Shown here: positions 44,590 to 52,813 of the stretch, in pieces
Layout of the letters: every line of letters starts with the position of its first letter
How positions within the stretch are numbered: the stretch's first letter is position 1
Assembly: GCA_012522555.1 (NCBI GenBank)
Contig: JAAYKG010000060.1
Location: 1 to 57,594 of the forward strand
Source of the DNA: Armatimonadota bacterium
GTDB taxonomy: Bacteria > Armatimonadota > UBA5829
DNA length: 57,594 nucleotides
Reading direction: 5' to 3'
The notes under the pieces: model-generated
Told to the model about the DNA's origin: nothing
Databases searched by the model: none
The model's input: only the letters and a program-made list of their open reading frames with translations
Program-made: the position numbers and the translations under genes

Positions 44590-46443
44590 ATGAGAAATGG
44601 GCGCAAAATCTTGTTTTGCTTTATAACGGGGCTGGCGGCGTCGATGTTGGGGCTGATGTTTTGGAGCCGTTGTCCTGTGGCTGGGTGGAGCTTTCTCATC
44701 GCTGCGCCGTGGCTGATGTTTGCGTGGATACTTTTTTTACATCGAGATACCTCGTCCGAATGTGTGGTAAGGCTTGCGGCGGCTGATAGTCTGTCGGAGG
44801 CGTATCGCCGCGCCACAGTAGCCCTTGCGTCGGCTATTGGCGCCAAAGATTCCTACATTCATCCCTGTGTGAACCGTGTGCCGCGAATATGTGAGCTTAT
44901 CGCCGATCACATCGATCTGGACCATGATGCTGTGGAGAAGCTCAAGCTCGCCGCACTGATAAGAGATGTCGGCAAATTGGGAGTGCCGGATCATATTTTG
45001 CTTAAGCCAGGCCCGCTGGACGCCGAAGAGTTCGCCAAGATGCGCAACCATGCCGCTATCGGCGCCGATTTGCTGCGCCAGGCCGATTTGCCGGATGATG
45101 TCGTGGATATGGTGCTTTACCATCACGAAAAGTACGACGGCACCGGTTACCCTGAGCGGCTGGCGGCGAATGATATCCCTTTGGGGTCGCGGATAATCTC
45201 AGTTGCGGTGGTGTATGATGCATTGATATCCGACAGGTGCTATCGAAGTGGCTGGACGCATTCCGACGCGATTTCCCATATACAGGAGCTTTCCGGCGCA
45301 GCATTCGACCCGGCGGTCGTCGATGCGTTTTTTGCCGTTGAGTCGCAGATTTTGGAATTGGGGGCGGAGCTTGCACGCGATATGAAGTCGCAAGTGAACG
45401 GGAGTGCCGAGGTCAGTTGCGCCGCGGTGGACACAATCGCCCAGGCCAATCGGGAACTGATATCACTATTTGAGATCACCCAGACTCTATCCAGCACCCT
45501 GGAGATCGATGAGGTGCTGGCGTTGTTGGCCAACAGGACACGCAGGCTCGTGCAAGGTTCGACGTGTGTGGTATTGATGGTTGACAAAACACATTCTAAA
45601 TCTCTCATCGCCAAAACGGCGGTCGGCCGGTTTGAAGAGATGTTTGTCGGAGCACGGGCAAGATACGGCAAGGGAATCACCGGCCGCGCCGCTCAAAAGG
45701 CCCAACCACGGGCCGGGCACTACGACCCTGATGATCTTGTATTTAACTATAGCGAAACTCCTCCCGAGCTGGATTTCAAATCTTGCCTGGCCGTGCCGAT
45801 AGTAAGCTACGGAGACGTGCTCGGCACAATTAATCTATATGATGTCTGCCGAAGATCGTTTACCGAAGATGAGATGCGAGTGCTGACGTTTATTGCCCAT
45901 CAGGCAGCCCTGGCTGTACATAACGCGCGGGCCTTTGAAGAGGCTCGAGATTTCGCCTTGCGCGATCCGCTGACTAATCTGCGCAACGGTCGATTCCTGC
46001 GGCATTATCTGGACAGGGAGCTGAATCGCAGCTTCAGGTTCGATGAGCCTCTGTCGGTGTTGGGTATCGATTTGGACAATTTCAAGGGTGTAAATGATTT
46101 GAAAGGGCACGAAGCCGGAGACAGGGTGCTTAAGGATGTGGCGGATATATTCAGACGTGAGCTTCGGGATTATGATGTAATCGTGCGTAACGGCGGGGAC
46201 GAATTTGTAGCGGTGCTTCCTGAGACCGGTTATTCGGAGGCGAAGCGCACTGCACAGAGGATTCAATCGGCGATTGAGAACTATGCTCGCACGAAGGTCA
46301 ACGATGTGCCTCGCTTTGGGGTGAGCGTGGGGGTTGCGTCGTATCCGGCTGATGGAACTGATGCGAGCGCCCTGCTAGCCTCCGCGGATGCGGCTATGTA
46401 TGCCGACAAACGATCTCGGAATCTACTTCGCAAGGCTGCTTAG
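44590..46443 (+). CDS. membrane-anchored HD-GYP phosphodiesterase / GAF / GGDEF diguanylate cyclase multidomain protein
   Basis: Two N-terminal TM helices. HD-GYP domain (IRDVGKLGVPD...YHHEKYDGTGYPERL), a GAF-like region, and a GGDEF domain with intact RNGGDEF plus an RDYD I-site 5 residues upstream. Confidence 0.9.
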   Translation: MRNGRKILFCFITGLAASMLGLMFWSRCPVAGWSFLIAAPWLMFAWILFLHRDTSSECVVRLAAADSLSEAYRRATVALASAIGAKDSYIHPCVNRVPRICELIADHIDLDHDAVEKLKLAALIRDVGKLGVPDHILLKPGPLDAEEFAKMRNHAAIGADLLRQADLPDDVVDMVLYHHEKYDGTGYPERLAANDIPLGSRIISVAVVYDALISDRCYRSGWTHSDAISHIQELSGAAFDPAVVDAFFAVESQILELGAELARDMKSQVNGSAEVSCAAVDTIAQANRELISLFEITQTLSSTLEIDEVLALLANRTRRLVQGSTCVVLMVDKTHSKSLIAKTAVGRFEEMFVGARARYGKGITGRAAQKAQPRAGHYDPDDLVFNYSETPPELDFKSCLAVPIVSYGDVLGTINLYDVCRRSFTEDEMRVLTFIAHQAALAVHNARAFEEARDFALRDPLTNLRNGRFLRHYLDRELNRSFRFDEPLSVLGIDLDNFKGVNDLKGHEAGDRVLKDVADIFRRELRDYDVIVRNGGDEFVAVLPETGYSEAKRTAQRIQSAIENYARTKVNDVPRFGVSVGVASYPADGTDASALLASADAAMYADKRSRNLLRKAA

Positions 46444-46454
46444 GAGTGTTGAGT

Positions 46455-46643
46455 ATGGACAACAAATGCTGTCGTGCTTATGGCTGTCCAGCGAGCTTTT
46501 ATATGAACTGCCGAGCTTATAATGAAAATCGAAACTGTTGGGAAGTTGACCGTAAGCCCTGCTGCCGAAATACACAATTGTCGGTCTGCTGCGAATGTGA
46601 GGTATATAGTAAGTGTATGCGCGGGCTTGTGCAGGGAGTATGA
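46455..46643 (+). CDS. 62-aa cysteine-rich miniprotein (11 Cys; NCWE motif)
   Basis: ATG 46455 lies 8 nt after AGGAG, which overlaps the upstream stop. Tightly packed between two GGDEF-type genes (3-nt gap to the next gene). Reads MDNKCCRAYGCPASFYMNCRAYNENRNCWEVDRKPCCRNTQLSVCCECEVYSKC. Confidence 0.6.
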   Translation: MDNKCCRAYGCPASFYMNCRAYNENRNCWEVDRKPCCRNTQLSVCCECEVYSKCMRGLVQGV

Positions 46644-46646
46644 ATT

Positions 46647-47360
46647 ATGGCTCGAATATTTATGTTTGCATCATGGGCGGCGGCAGCCTCGCTGGCCGGG
46701 ATTGCCGTCGTTAGCACGGATATCAAATGGCGTGTGGCTGCCGTGATTCTAGCTGGTTTGGTTGTTTTGCCGAGCCTGTTGATCGCATTCCGGTCTATAG
46801 CTGCCCGCGAACCATCGCAAGAAACTCAGCCGATACGGCAAACCGAAGCGTCATCAAATGAACAGCAGACCGGGGTATATATGGACCCGTTGACCGGGTT
46901 AGCTACCAGGCATTATTTGACGATGTTTCTGAATCGAGAGATCAGCCGATGCAAGAGATCCGGCGCGGAATTAAGCCTGGCGATATTTGACTTTCCGGAT
47001 TTGTCGAAGGTCGAGGAGCAATCGGCCCTTACGGCTATGGCTGATGTCGGTGCGAAGATGAAATCTATGCTTCGAGACTACGATCTGGTGGCGTTATTCT
47101 CATTAGGCCGCCTCGCTATCGTGCTGCCGGAGACGAACGTGTCGAAGTCGCTGGAGATTGTCGAAAGGCTGCATCAACTGGCGACCGGCGTCTGTGCGGA
47201 CGACAAGCCGCTCACCGCCACAGCCGGCCTGGCATCATTCCCCACTCATGGCGACACCTCGGAATGGCTGATCACCTCCGCCCACCGAGCGCTGAACCAG
47301 TGCAGAGCGGGTTCATCAAAAGACGTCCACGTGCTTGAGAACTATCAACTCGCGGGCTGA
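46647..47360 (+). CDS. membrane-anchored degenerate GGDEF-domain protein (GGDEF replaced by SLGRL; RxxD I-site retained)
   Basis: Two TM helices, then DPLTGLATRHYL...LRDYDLVALFSLGRLAIVLPETN...AGLASFP. The fold is conserved, the active-site residues are lost, and RDYD is kept. Confidence 0.8.
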   Translation: MARIFMFASWAAAASLAGIAVVSTDIKWRVAAVILAGLVVLPSLLIAFRSIAAREPSQETQPIRQTEASSNEQQTGVYMDPLTGLATRHYLTMFLNREISRCKRSGAELSLAIFDFPDLSKVEEQSALTAMADVGAKMKSMLRDYDLVALFSLGRLAIVLPETNVSKSLEIVERLHQLATGVCADDKPLTATAGLASFPTHGDTSEWLITSAHRALNQCRAGSSKDVHVLENYQLAG

Positions 47361-47372
47361 ACTCAAATACGC

Positions 47373-47804
47373 TTAAGCCGCAGTTCCCCTGTCAGAGGGC
47401 GCGAGGTGTTTGATCAAAACGACGGGTGAAGTGTATTTATCGGTAAAAAATACTTCATCGACCCCTGAGCGCATCAATTCCGCGCCCCGTGCCAGCATGC
47501 CCCTGTCTGGAAGTTGTGTCGTATGGCGGTGTTCGCATCTTCCGGAGTCGTTTACGGTGATTGTGAGCGCGTCGGCGGTCAAACTCCAGCTCAAATCGAT
47601 CATGCACAGCTCCGGATCGGGTGTGCCGTGTAAATATGCGTTTGAGACGGCCTCACCCACCGCTATAAAAAGGCCGCAAGCTTCATCTTCCTCAAAACAC
47701 ATATTCTCAATCATCCGACTGACCCAGCACCGGGCGCAGCTCAGTCCGCTGGAGTCAGGCTTGACTTGTATACATTGTTGTTCGCACATAGCATCCTTCG
47801 CCAT
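47373..47804 (-). CDS. RsbW/SpoIIAB-like anti-sigma regulatory factor (HATPase_c_2 Ser/Thr kinase)
   Basis: 143 aa with an N-box-like AVGEAVSNAYLHG and a G-box-like VNDSGRC. No STAS partner lies in the window. Confidence 0.7.
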   Translation of the reverse strand: MAKDAMCEQQCIQVKPDSSGLSCARCWVSRMIENMCFEEDEACGLFIAVGEAVSNAYLHGTPDPELCMIDLSWSLTADALTITVNDSGRCEHRHTTQLPDRGMLARGAELMRSGVDEVFFTDKYTSPVVLIKHLAPSDRGTAA

Positions 47805-47917
47805 AATATATTGCTATCCGGACTGCGGCTTCATCAAACGTGTGGATGATATGCAGGATATTACGGTCGAGTATAGAATCAAATTCTATACGAATATCAA
47901 ACGATAGGAGACAATCG

Positions 47918-48886
47918 ATGAACAGGATCATTGTTGTCGTTATTGCGATCTGCCTGGTGGTGGGGTTGAGTTCTTGTGGCGATAAGCCGGGCCAGGACGC
48001 CGCAGGCAAGAGGGTGCATATCGCGTTTGTTACCAACAATGTCTCGGATTTTTGGAAAATAGCTCAAGCGGGGGTCAATAAGGCCCAAAAGGACTTCGAC
48101 GTAACGTGTGACTTCAAGATGCCGACTGCCGGAACCGCTGCCGAACAGAAGGTGATCCTTGAGGATTTGGTTACCAGAGGGGTGACCGGGATAGCTGTAT
48201 CCCCGGTCAATCCGGATAGCCAGACGGTGGTTCTCGATAAAGCTGCCTCCAGCGTCAACCTGATCTGCATGGACTCCGATGCCCCTGAAAGCAAGCGAAT
48301 ATGCTACGTTGGCACCAGCAACTTCGATGCAGGCAAGACGGCAGGGGAACAGATCGTAAAAGCGCTGCCGGATGGCGGCAAGATAATGCTATATGTGGGG
48401 ATGCGGGATGCTCAAAACGCTCTGGATCGCTACAAAGGCATCCGGGAAGTCCTCAGCAAGGACGCGAAATACAAAATCCTGGGTGTGATGACAGATGATA
48501 CGAATCATACGAAAGCTCGCGCCAATGTCGAAGACACACTGGTCAAGCACCCGGATATCGCCTGCCTGGTGGGTTTGTGGAGCTACAACGGCCCAGCTAT
48601 TGTCAACGCTGTCAGAGCGGCCAATAAGGTCGGCAAAGTCAAAATAGTCTGCTTCGACGAGCAGGACGATACCCTGCAGGGTGTCAAGGACGGCGCGATT
48701 TACGCCACTGTCGTGCAGAAACCGTTTGAGTTCGGCTATCAATCGGTTAAAGTGCTGGCGGCGCTGTCCAGAGGCGATGAGAGCGTCGTCCCCGAGTCCA
48801 AGATGATTGATACCGGGGTGCGGGTGATCGACCAGTCCAATATCGACGAGTTTTGGGCGGAGCTTAAGGAGCAAACGCAAAAATAA
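47918..48886 (+). CDS. sugar ABC transporter substrate-binding lipoprotein (RbsB-like, periplasmic binding protein family 1)
   Basis: ATG 47918 behind AGGAG. Lipobox VVGLSSC, then a type-I PBP pattern (IAFVTNNVSDFW...GVTGIAVSPV...GLWSYNGPA). Confidence 0.9.
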   Translation: MNRIIVVVIAICLVVGLSSCGDKPGQDAAGKRVHIAFVTNNVSDFWKIAQAGVNKAQKDFDVTCDFKMPTAGTAAEQKVILEDLVTRGVTGIAVSPVNPDSQTVVLDKAASSVNLICMDSDAPESKRICYVGTSNFDAGKTAGEQIVKALPDGGKIMLYVGMRDAQNALDRYKGIREVLSKDAKYKILGVMTDDTNHTKARANVEDTLVKHPDIACLVGLWSYNGPAIVNAVRAANKVGKVKIVCFDEQDDTLQGVKDGAIYATVVQKPFEFGYQSVKVLAALSRGDESVVPESKMIDTGVRVIDQSNIDEFWAELKEQTQK

Positions 48887-48920
48887 ATATTGTAGCGATC
48901 TAATATTGTTATACAACTCA

Positions 48921-48993
48921 TGCCCTCTCACTCAGGAGAAGGGGGTTAAGTAAAGCACCCTCTTCTCCGTGATATGATTAAGGTGAGGGGGCG
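48921..48993. repeat. GC-rich nested palindromic element between the ABC binding-protein and ATPase genes
   Basis: Outer arms CCCTCTCAC (48923-48931) and GTGAGGGGG (48983-48991). Inner arms GGAGAAGGGGG (48935-48945) and CCCTCTTCTCC (48958-48968). Shares the GGTGAGGGGG arm motif with the 15797-16007 cluster. Confidence 0.5.
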
Positions 48994-49070
48994 CTTTGTT
49001 TTAATGCGCAAGTTCTGCCGCTAAGCCTTTTCTTCTTTCGATATCGTTTCGTGCATGCTAAAATAGCCTC

Positions 49071-50576
49071 ATGCATTGTCCTGCTTATATACTTGAAATG
49101 AAAAGCATCACCAAGCGTTTCCCCGGCGTTCTTGCTTTGAATGGGGTAGATTTGGGGTTGTGCGAAGGTGAGATACTCGGCCTAATCGGCGAAAATGGCG
49201 CAGGCAAGTCCACACTTATGCGCATCCTGGGAGGGGACTATCCAGCGGATTCCGGAAGCATTCTTTTTGGTGGCACACCGACTGTTATCGCAGACGTCCA
49301 CCACTCAATCAACCTCGGTGTTTCAATTATTTATCAGGAACTGAACCTGGCTCCTAATTTGGACATCGCTTCAAATATATTTTTGGGCCGGGAACCGCGA
49401 AAAAGAGCGCTTGGGATCGTCGATACCTTGCGGTTGTATGCCGAAGCTGAAGAAATCGCCACTCGGGTAGGTATATCCGCCCCTCTCACCACACTCGTAG
49501 AGCAATTGTCCCCCGGAGAGCAGCAGCTCGTCGAGATAGCCAAGGCGCTTTCCATGGACTGTCGGATATTGGTTCTCGATGAGCCTACCAGCTCGCTGTC
49601 ACCAGCCGAAGCCGGCAAATTGTTCGACGTAATGCGTGGACTTAAAGAATCTGGGGTTTCGATGATATATATCTCCCATAGACTCGCCGAGATAGAGGAG
49701 ATGTGCGATAGGGTCGTGGTTTTGCGAGACGGCGAGCGGGTCGGGGAGCTGAATCGCAAAAGTATATGCAGCGATGAAATGGTTCGTATGATGGTGGGGC
49801 GGGATATCTCGCGCTATTTCCCGGAGCACGGGTGTGTGAGCAAAACCGAGACTGTAATGTCGGTCGAATCTTTGTCATATCGCGGCTGTGTTGGGCGGGT
49901 GAGCTTCGATCTGAAAGCTGGGGAGATTCTGGGAATTGCCGGCCTGGTCGGCTCTGGTCGAACTGAACTGATTCAAGCTTTATTTGGCGTGGAGCCAAAA
50001 CTGACCGGTGAAATCAAAATGTCCGGAAGATCCGTTGACATACAAAACCCATCCGATGCAATCGCCGCTGGTATGGGACTTGTGCCGGAGGACCGCAAAG
50101 CTCTCGGGGTGATTTTGGAGATGTCGGTAGCCGACAACATCACCCTGCCCGGAGTGGGAAGCTACAACCCGCCGTTTCTCGACAGCAAAAAAGAGCGTGC
50201 GGCCGCTGAGGAACTTGTGAATCGCCTGGAAATCAAGACCCCGAGTCTGGGCCAGCTCGTGGGTTTTTTGTCCGGCGGCAACCAGCAGAAGGTTGCTTTA
50301 GCAAAATGGCTGGGGATGGCGCCGAAAATTCTTATCCTCGATGAACCGACCCGGGGCATTGATGTCGGCTCAAAAAGTGAGATTTATAAACTGATACGCA
50401 ACTTCGCCGATGAGGGGATGGGCGTGATAATGGTCTCATCTGAGATGGAAGAGATCATCGGGCTGTCGGATCGCGTTTTGGTGATGAGCGAAGGTCGAAT
50501 GATGGGGCTGCTCGAAAGAGCCCAAGTCGACGAAGAAAGTATAATGAAATTGGCGAGCGGAGGGATTCGGGTTTGA
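49071..50576 (+). CDS. sugar ABC transporter ATP-binding protein (tandem ABC domains, RbsA-like)
   Basis: Walker A GENGAGKST and signature LSPGEQQ in the first half. LSGGNQQK and ILDEPTRGID in the second half. Confidence 0.93.
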   Translation: MHCPAYILEMKSITKRFPGVLALNGVDLGLCEGEILGLIGENGAGKSTLMRILGGDYPADSGSILFGGTPTVIADVHHSINLGVSIIYQELNLAPNLDIASNIFLGREPRKRALGIVDTLRLYAEAEEIATRVGISAPLTTLVEQLSPGEQQLVEIAKALSMDCRILVLDEPTSSLSPAEAGKLFDVMRGLKESGVSMIYISHRLAEIEEMCDRVVVLRDGERVGELNRKSICSDEMVRMMVGRDISRYFPEHGCVSKTETVMSVESLSYRGCVGRVSFDLKAGEILGIAGLVGSGRTELIQALFGVEPKLTGEIKMSGRSVDIQNPSDAIAAGMGLVPEDRKALGVILEMSVADNITLPGVGSYNPPFLDSKKERAAAEELVNRLEIKTPSLGQLVGFLSGGNQQKVALAKWLGMAPKILILDEPTRGIDVGSKSEIYKLIRNFADEGMGVIMVSSEMEEIIGLSDRVLVMSEGRMMGLLERAQVDEESIMKLASGGIRV

Positions 50577-51535
50577 GAAAATTGCTGGCAATGACGTCGT
50601 TGCTGATCGGGCTGGTGGTGGCCATTTGTGTGTTTCAGTGGGTAACTCATCCCGATCACTCCATCACGTTTTTATCCGCCGTCAACCTGAGCAATCTGAT
50701 GCAGAGAGTTGGATTGCTGGGCATTTATGCTTTAGGGGCCGGGATCGTTATTCTGTCCGGCGGGATCGATTTGTCGATCGGTTCGGTGATGGCTTTCGTA
50801 GGAATGGCTATCGGATTGCTCGCGGCTGCAAATTGGAACCCGTTTGTGGTCAGCGCTTTGATCGTGCCTTCCTGCGCGCTGTTAGGGTTCTGGCACGGAT
50901 TCTTAGTAGGCAAGGTCAAATTACAGCCATTTATCGCCACTTTAAGCTCTCTTTTGCTGCTCAGGGGCCTTGCCAGGGGCATACCAAACGGCTTGTCGCA
51001 GAGCCTGCCTGATGAGCGATTCGCTTTTTTGGGCAATGGCTCGTTTGTGGGGATACCAATCCCGTTTTTGATTCTGATTGGGGTAGCGCTGATCCTCGGG
51101 TTTATGATGAATTTCACCGTCTATGGACGATATCTTTACGCCATAGGCCGCAACGCCGAGGCTGTTCGATATTCCGGGATCAAGGTCAATAGAGTCCGCA
51201 CTTTAGCTTATGTGATATGTGCGGTGCTGGCCGGACTTGCCGGCGTGCTGGAGTTGTCCCTCAACAGGGAAGTCCAGCCTGCGCAATCTGCGTTGATGTA
51301 CGAAATGTGGGCAATAGCCGCCGCAGTGCTGGGTGGGTGCAGCCTGCGCGGCGGAGAAGGCACTGTGCTTGGCGTCATTGTCGGCGCCATTCTTATCAGA
51401 GTTATGGATAATGGCATGAACCTGGTCGGAGTCGGCTCGGAGTGGCAATGGGCAGTTATCGGCGTGATTGTGCTTGGCGGGGTAATCGCCGACGCCGCTT
51501 ATAAGCTCCGCGCAGAGCAGAAAACCAAGGCGTGA
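50573..51535 (+). CDS. sugar ABC transporter permease (RbsC/BPD_transp_2 family)
   Basis: 4-nt overlap with the ATPase gene. Polytopic protein with GGIDLSIGSVMAF and GGCSLRGGEGTVLG motifs. Confidence 0.92.
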   Translation: MRKLLAMTSLLIGLVVAICVFQWVTHPDHSITFLSAVNLSNLMQRVGLLGIYALGAGIVILSGGIDLSIGSVMAFVGMAIGLLAAANWNPFVVSALIVPSCALLGFWHGFLVGKVKLQPFIATLSSLLLLRGLARGIPNGLSQSLPDERFAFLGNGSFVGIPIPFLILIGVALILGFMMNFTVYGRYLYAIGRNAEAVRYSGIKVNRVRTLAYVICAVLAGLAGVLELSLNREVQPAQSALMYEMWAIAAAVLGGCSLRGGEGTVLGVIVGAILIRVMDNGMNLVGVGSEWQWAVIGVIVLGGVIADAAYKLRAEQKTKA

Positions 51536-51581
51536 GCTGTTCAACGGCCGCCGTTTCTATTGAGGTCGGGAATTTATTGGT

Positions 51582-51944
51582 ATGAAGATACTCCAAATGC
51601 CGGCGCTAGCGATGCTGTTAGGGTCGATACCGTTCGGCTATATCGCTGTCTATATCCGAGATAAACAAATCGCCGACGAATCCAGCAGGGCGATCGGTTC
51701 GATTCGCGATGCCGTCGGCGTGCCTGCGCTTGTCGTGATGGTGATTCTAAATGTCGCCAAAGGGTTTGTCCCTGTATATTTGACTATGGCAGCCTTTGCA
51801 TCAGTCCCATTCGCGCTCTTGGTCGGCGCAATCGCGGTCGCGTCCCACTGTTTTCCGTATTGGTTTATGTTCAAGCCGATGGGTAAGGGTGGAAGTGTGG
51901 CTATTGGCGCGATCGTGGCTATAATCGTATCGTTAATCCGTTAA
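51582..51944 (+). CDS. short, divergent PlsY-like (glycerol-3-phosphate acyltransferase family) membrane protein
   Basis: LLGSIPFGYI and HCFPYWFMFKPMGKGGSVAIG resemble PlsY motifs. The protein is only 120 aa and lacks the GSGNxGATN motif. Confidence 0.55.
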   Translation: MKILQMPALAMLLGSIPFGYIAVYIRDKQIADESSRAIGSIRDAVGVPALVVMVILNVAKGFVPVYLTMAAFASVPFALLVGAIAVASHCFPYWFMFKPMGKGGSVAIGAIVAIIVSLIR

Positions 51945-51946
51945 TT

Positions 51947-52809
51947 TCAGATACGGACAGCGGCCGTAGTCGAATTTGTGACGGCGGGCAAACCTATTAT
52001 TTGCCTTGCTTTCTGCGGCGATGCTATTGATCGGCCACAAGCTCGGGCTACCCCTACCAGTCGATCGATTAGATCTGCATTCGTTGCTAATCTGCTGCGC
52101 TGTTCGTCAAACCAAAGATTGTCCTCAAGGCCAACTCGAACGTGGCCGCCCATGGTGATCGCGAGAGTGTTGACACTGAACTGATATCGACCTATCCCTG
52201 CTGCAGCCCACGTGACCCCATCGGGTAAGGCTCGAACCATTGTCGCCAGATTGAAAGCCGTCGCGCTTATTGTGCCTAAAGATCCCAACAGCAAGTTGCA
52301 ATAAAATGGAGGTCTGAGGATCTCGTGGCTTGTAAGATAATGCGAATACTCGACCATTCCCAGATCGAAACACTCCCATTCCGGGGTGATTTTTCTTTTG
52401 GCCATCTTCAGCGCAAGCGCCTTAATCATATCGGGCTGTTGACTGATTCGTTTCGAGCAAAATTCATGGAGCCAAGGGTAAGCGAAGCCATTTCCGGAGC
52501 GGGATCAACCAACTCAAGCACCTCCGAGCGCTGTTCAAAAGTCTTGAACACCCGGCCGCTAGTCGACACACAAAGAATAATGTCGGGGCAGACCTTTCGG
52601 ACACCATTCAGAATCTGAGAATAAATATCCTTGCGGTATGTGGGTAAGTCGTCGCTATCTCGGGCGTGAAGGTGCACAATAGAGGCTCCGGCGTCCCGGC
52701 ATCGCCTCACATCGGCGATGATTTCTTCCGGCGAGACAGGGACGTGTGGAGTGTCTTTCTTAGTAGGAACCATACCGGTAATCGCGGCATTTATAATAAG
52801 ATCATCCAT
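51947..52809 (-). pseudogene. 3-keto-5-aminohexanoate cleavage enzyme family (BKACE/DUF849) gene split by a 1-nt frameshift
   Basis: ORF 52426-52809 (IINAAITGMVP...HLHARD...LTLGSMNF...NSPI*) and ORF 51947-52429 (MIKALALKM...PEWECFD...GGHVRVGLEDN) together make one BKACE TIM barrel. Adding one C to the CCC run (plus-strand GGG 52433-52435) restores NSPDMIKAL. Confidence 0.85.
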
Positions 52810-52813
52810 ATCA

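Noticed and set aside
44408-44786. ORFs 44408-44593 and 44493-44786 as leader peptides or alternative starts of the HD-GYP gene
   Set aside because: They lie in the riboswitch expression platform or out of frame over the TM-coding start of the real gene. They have no SD and no recognisable sequence.
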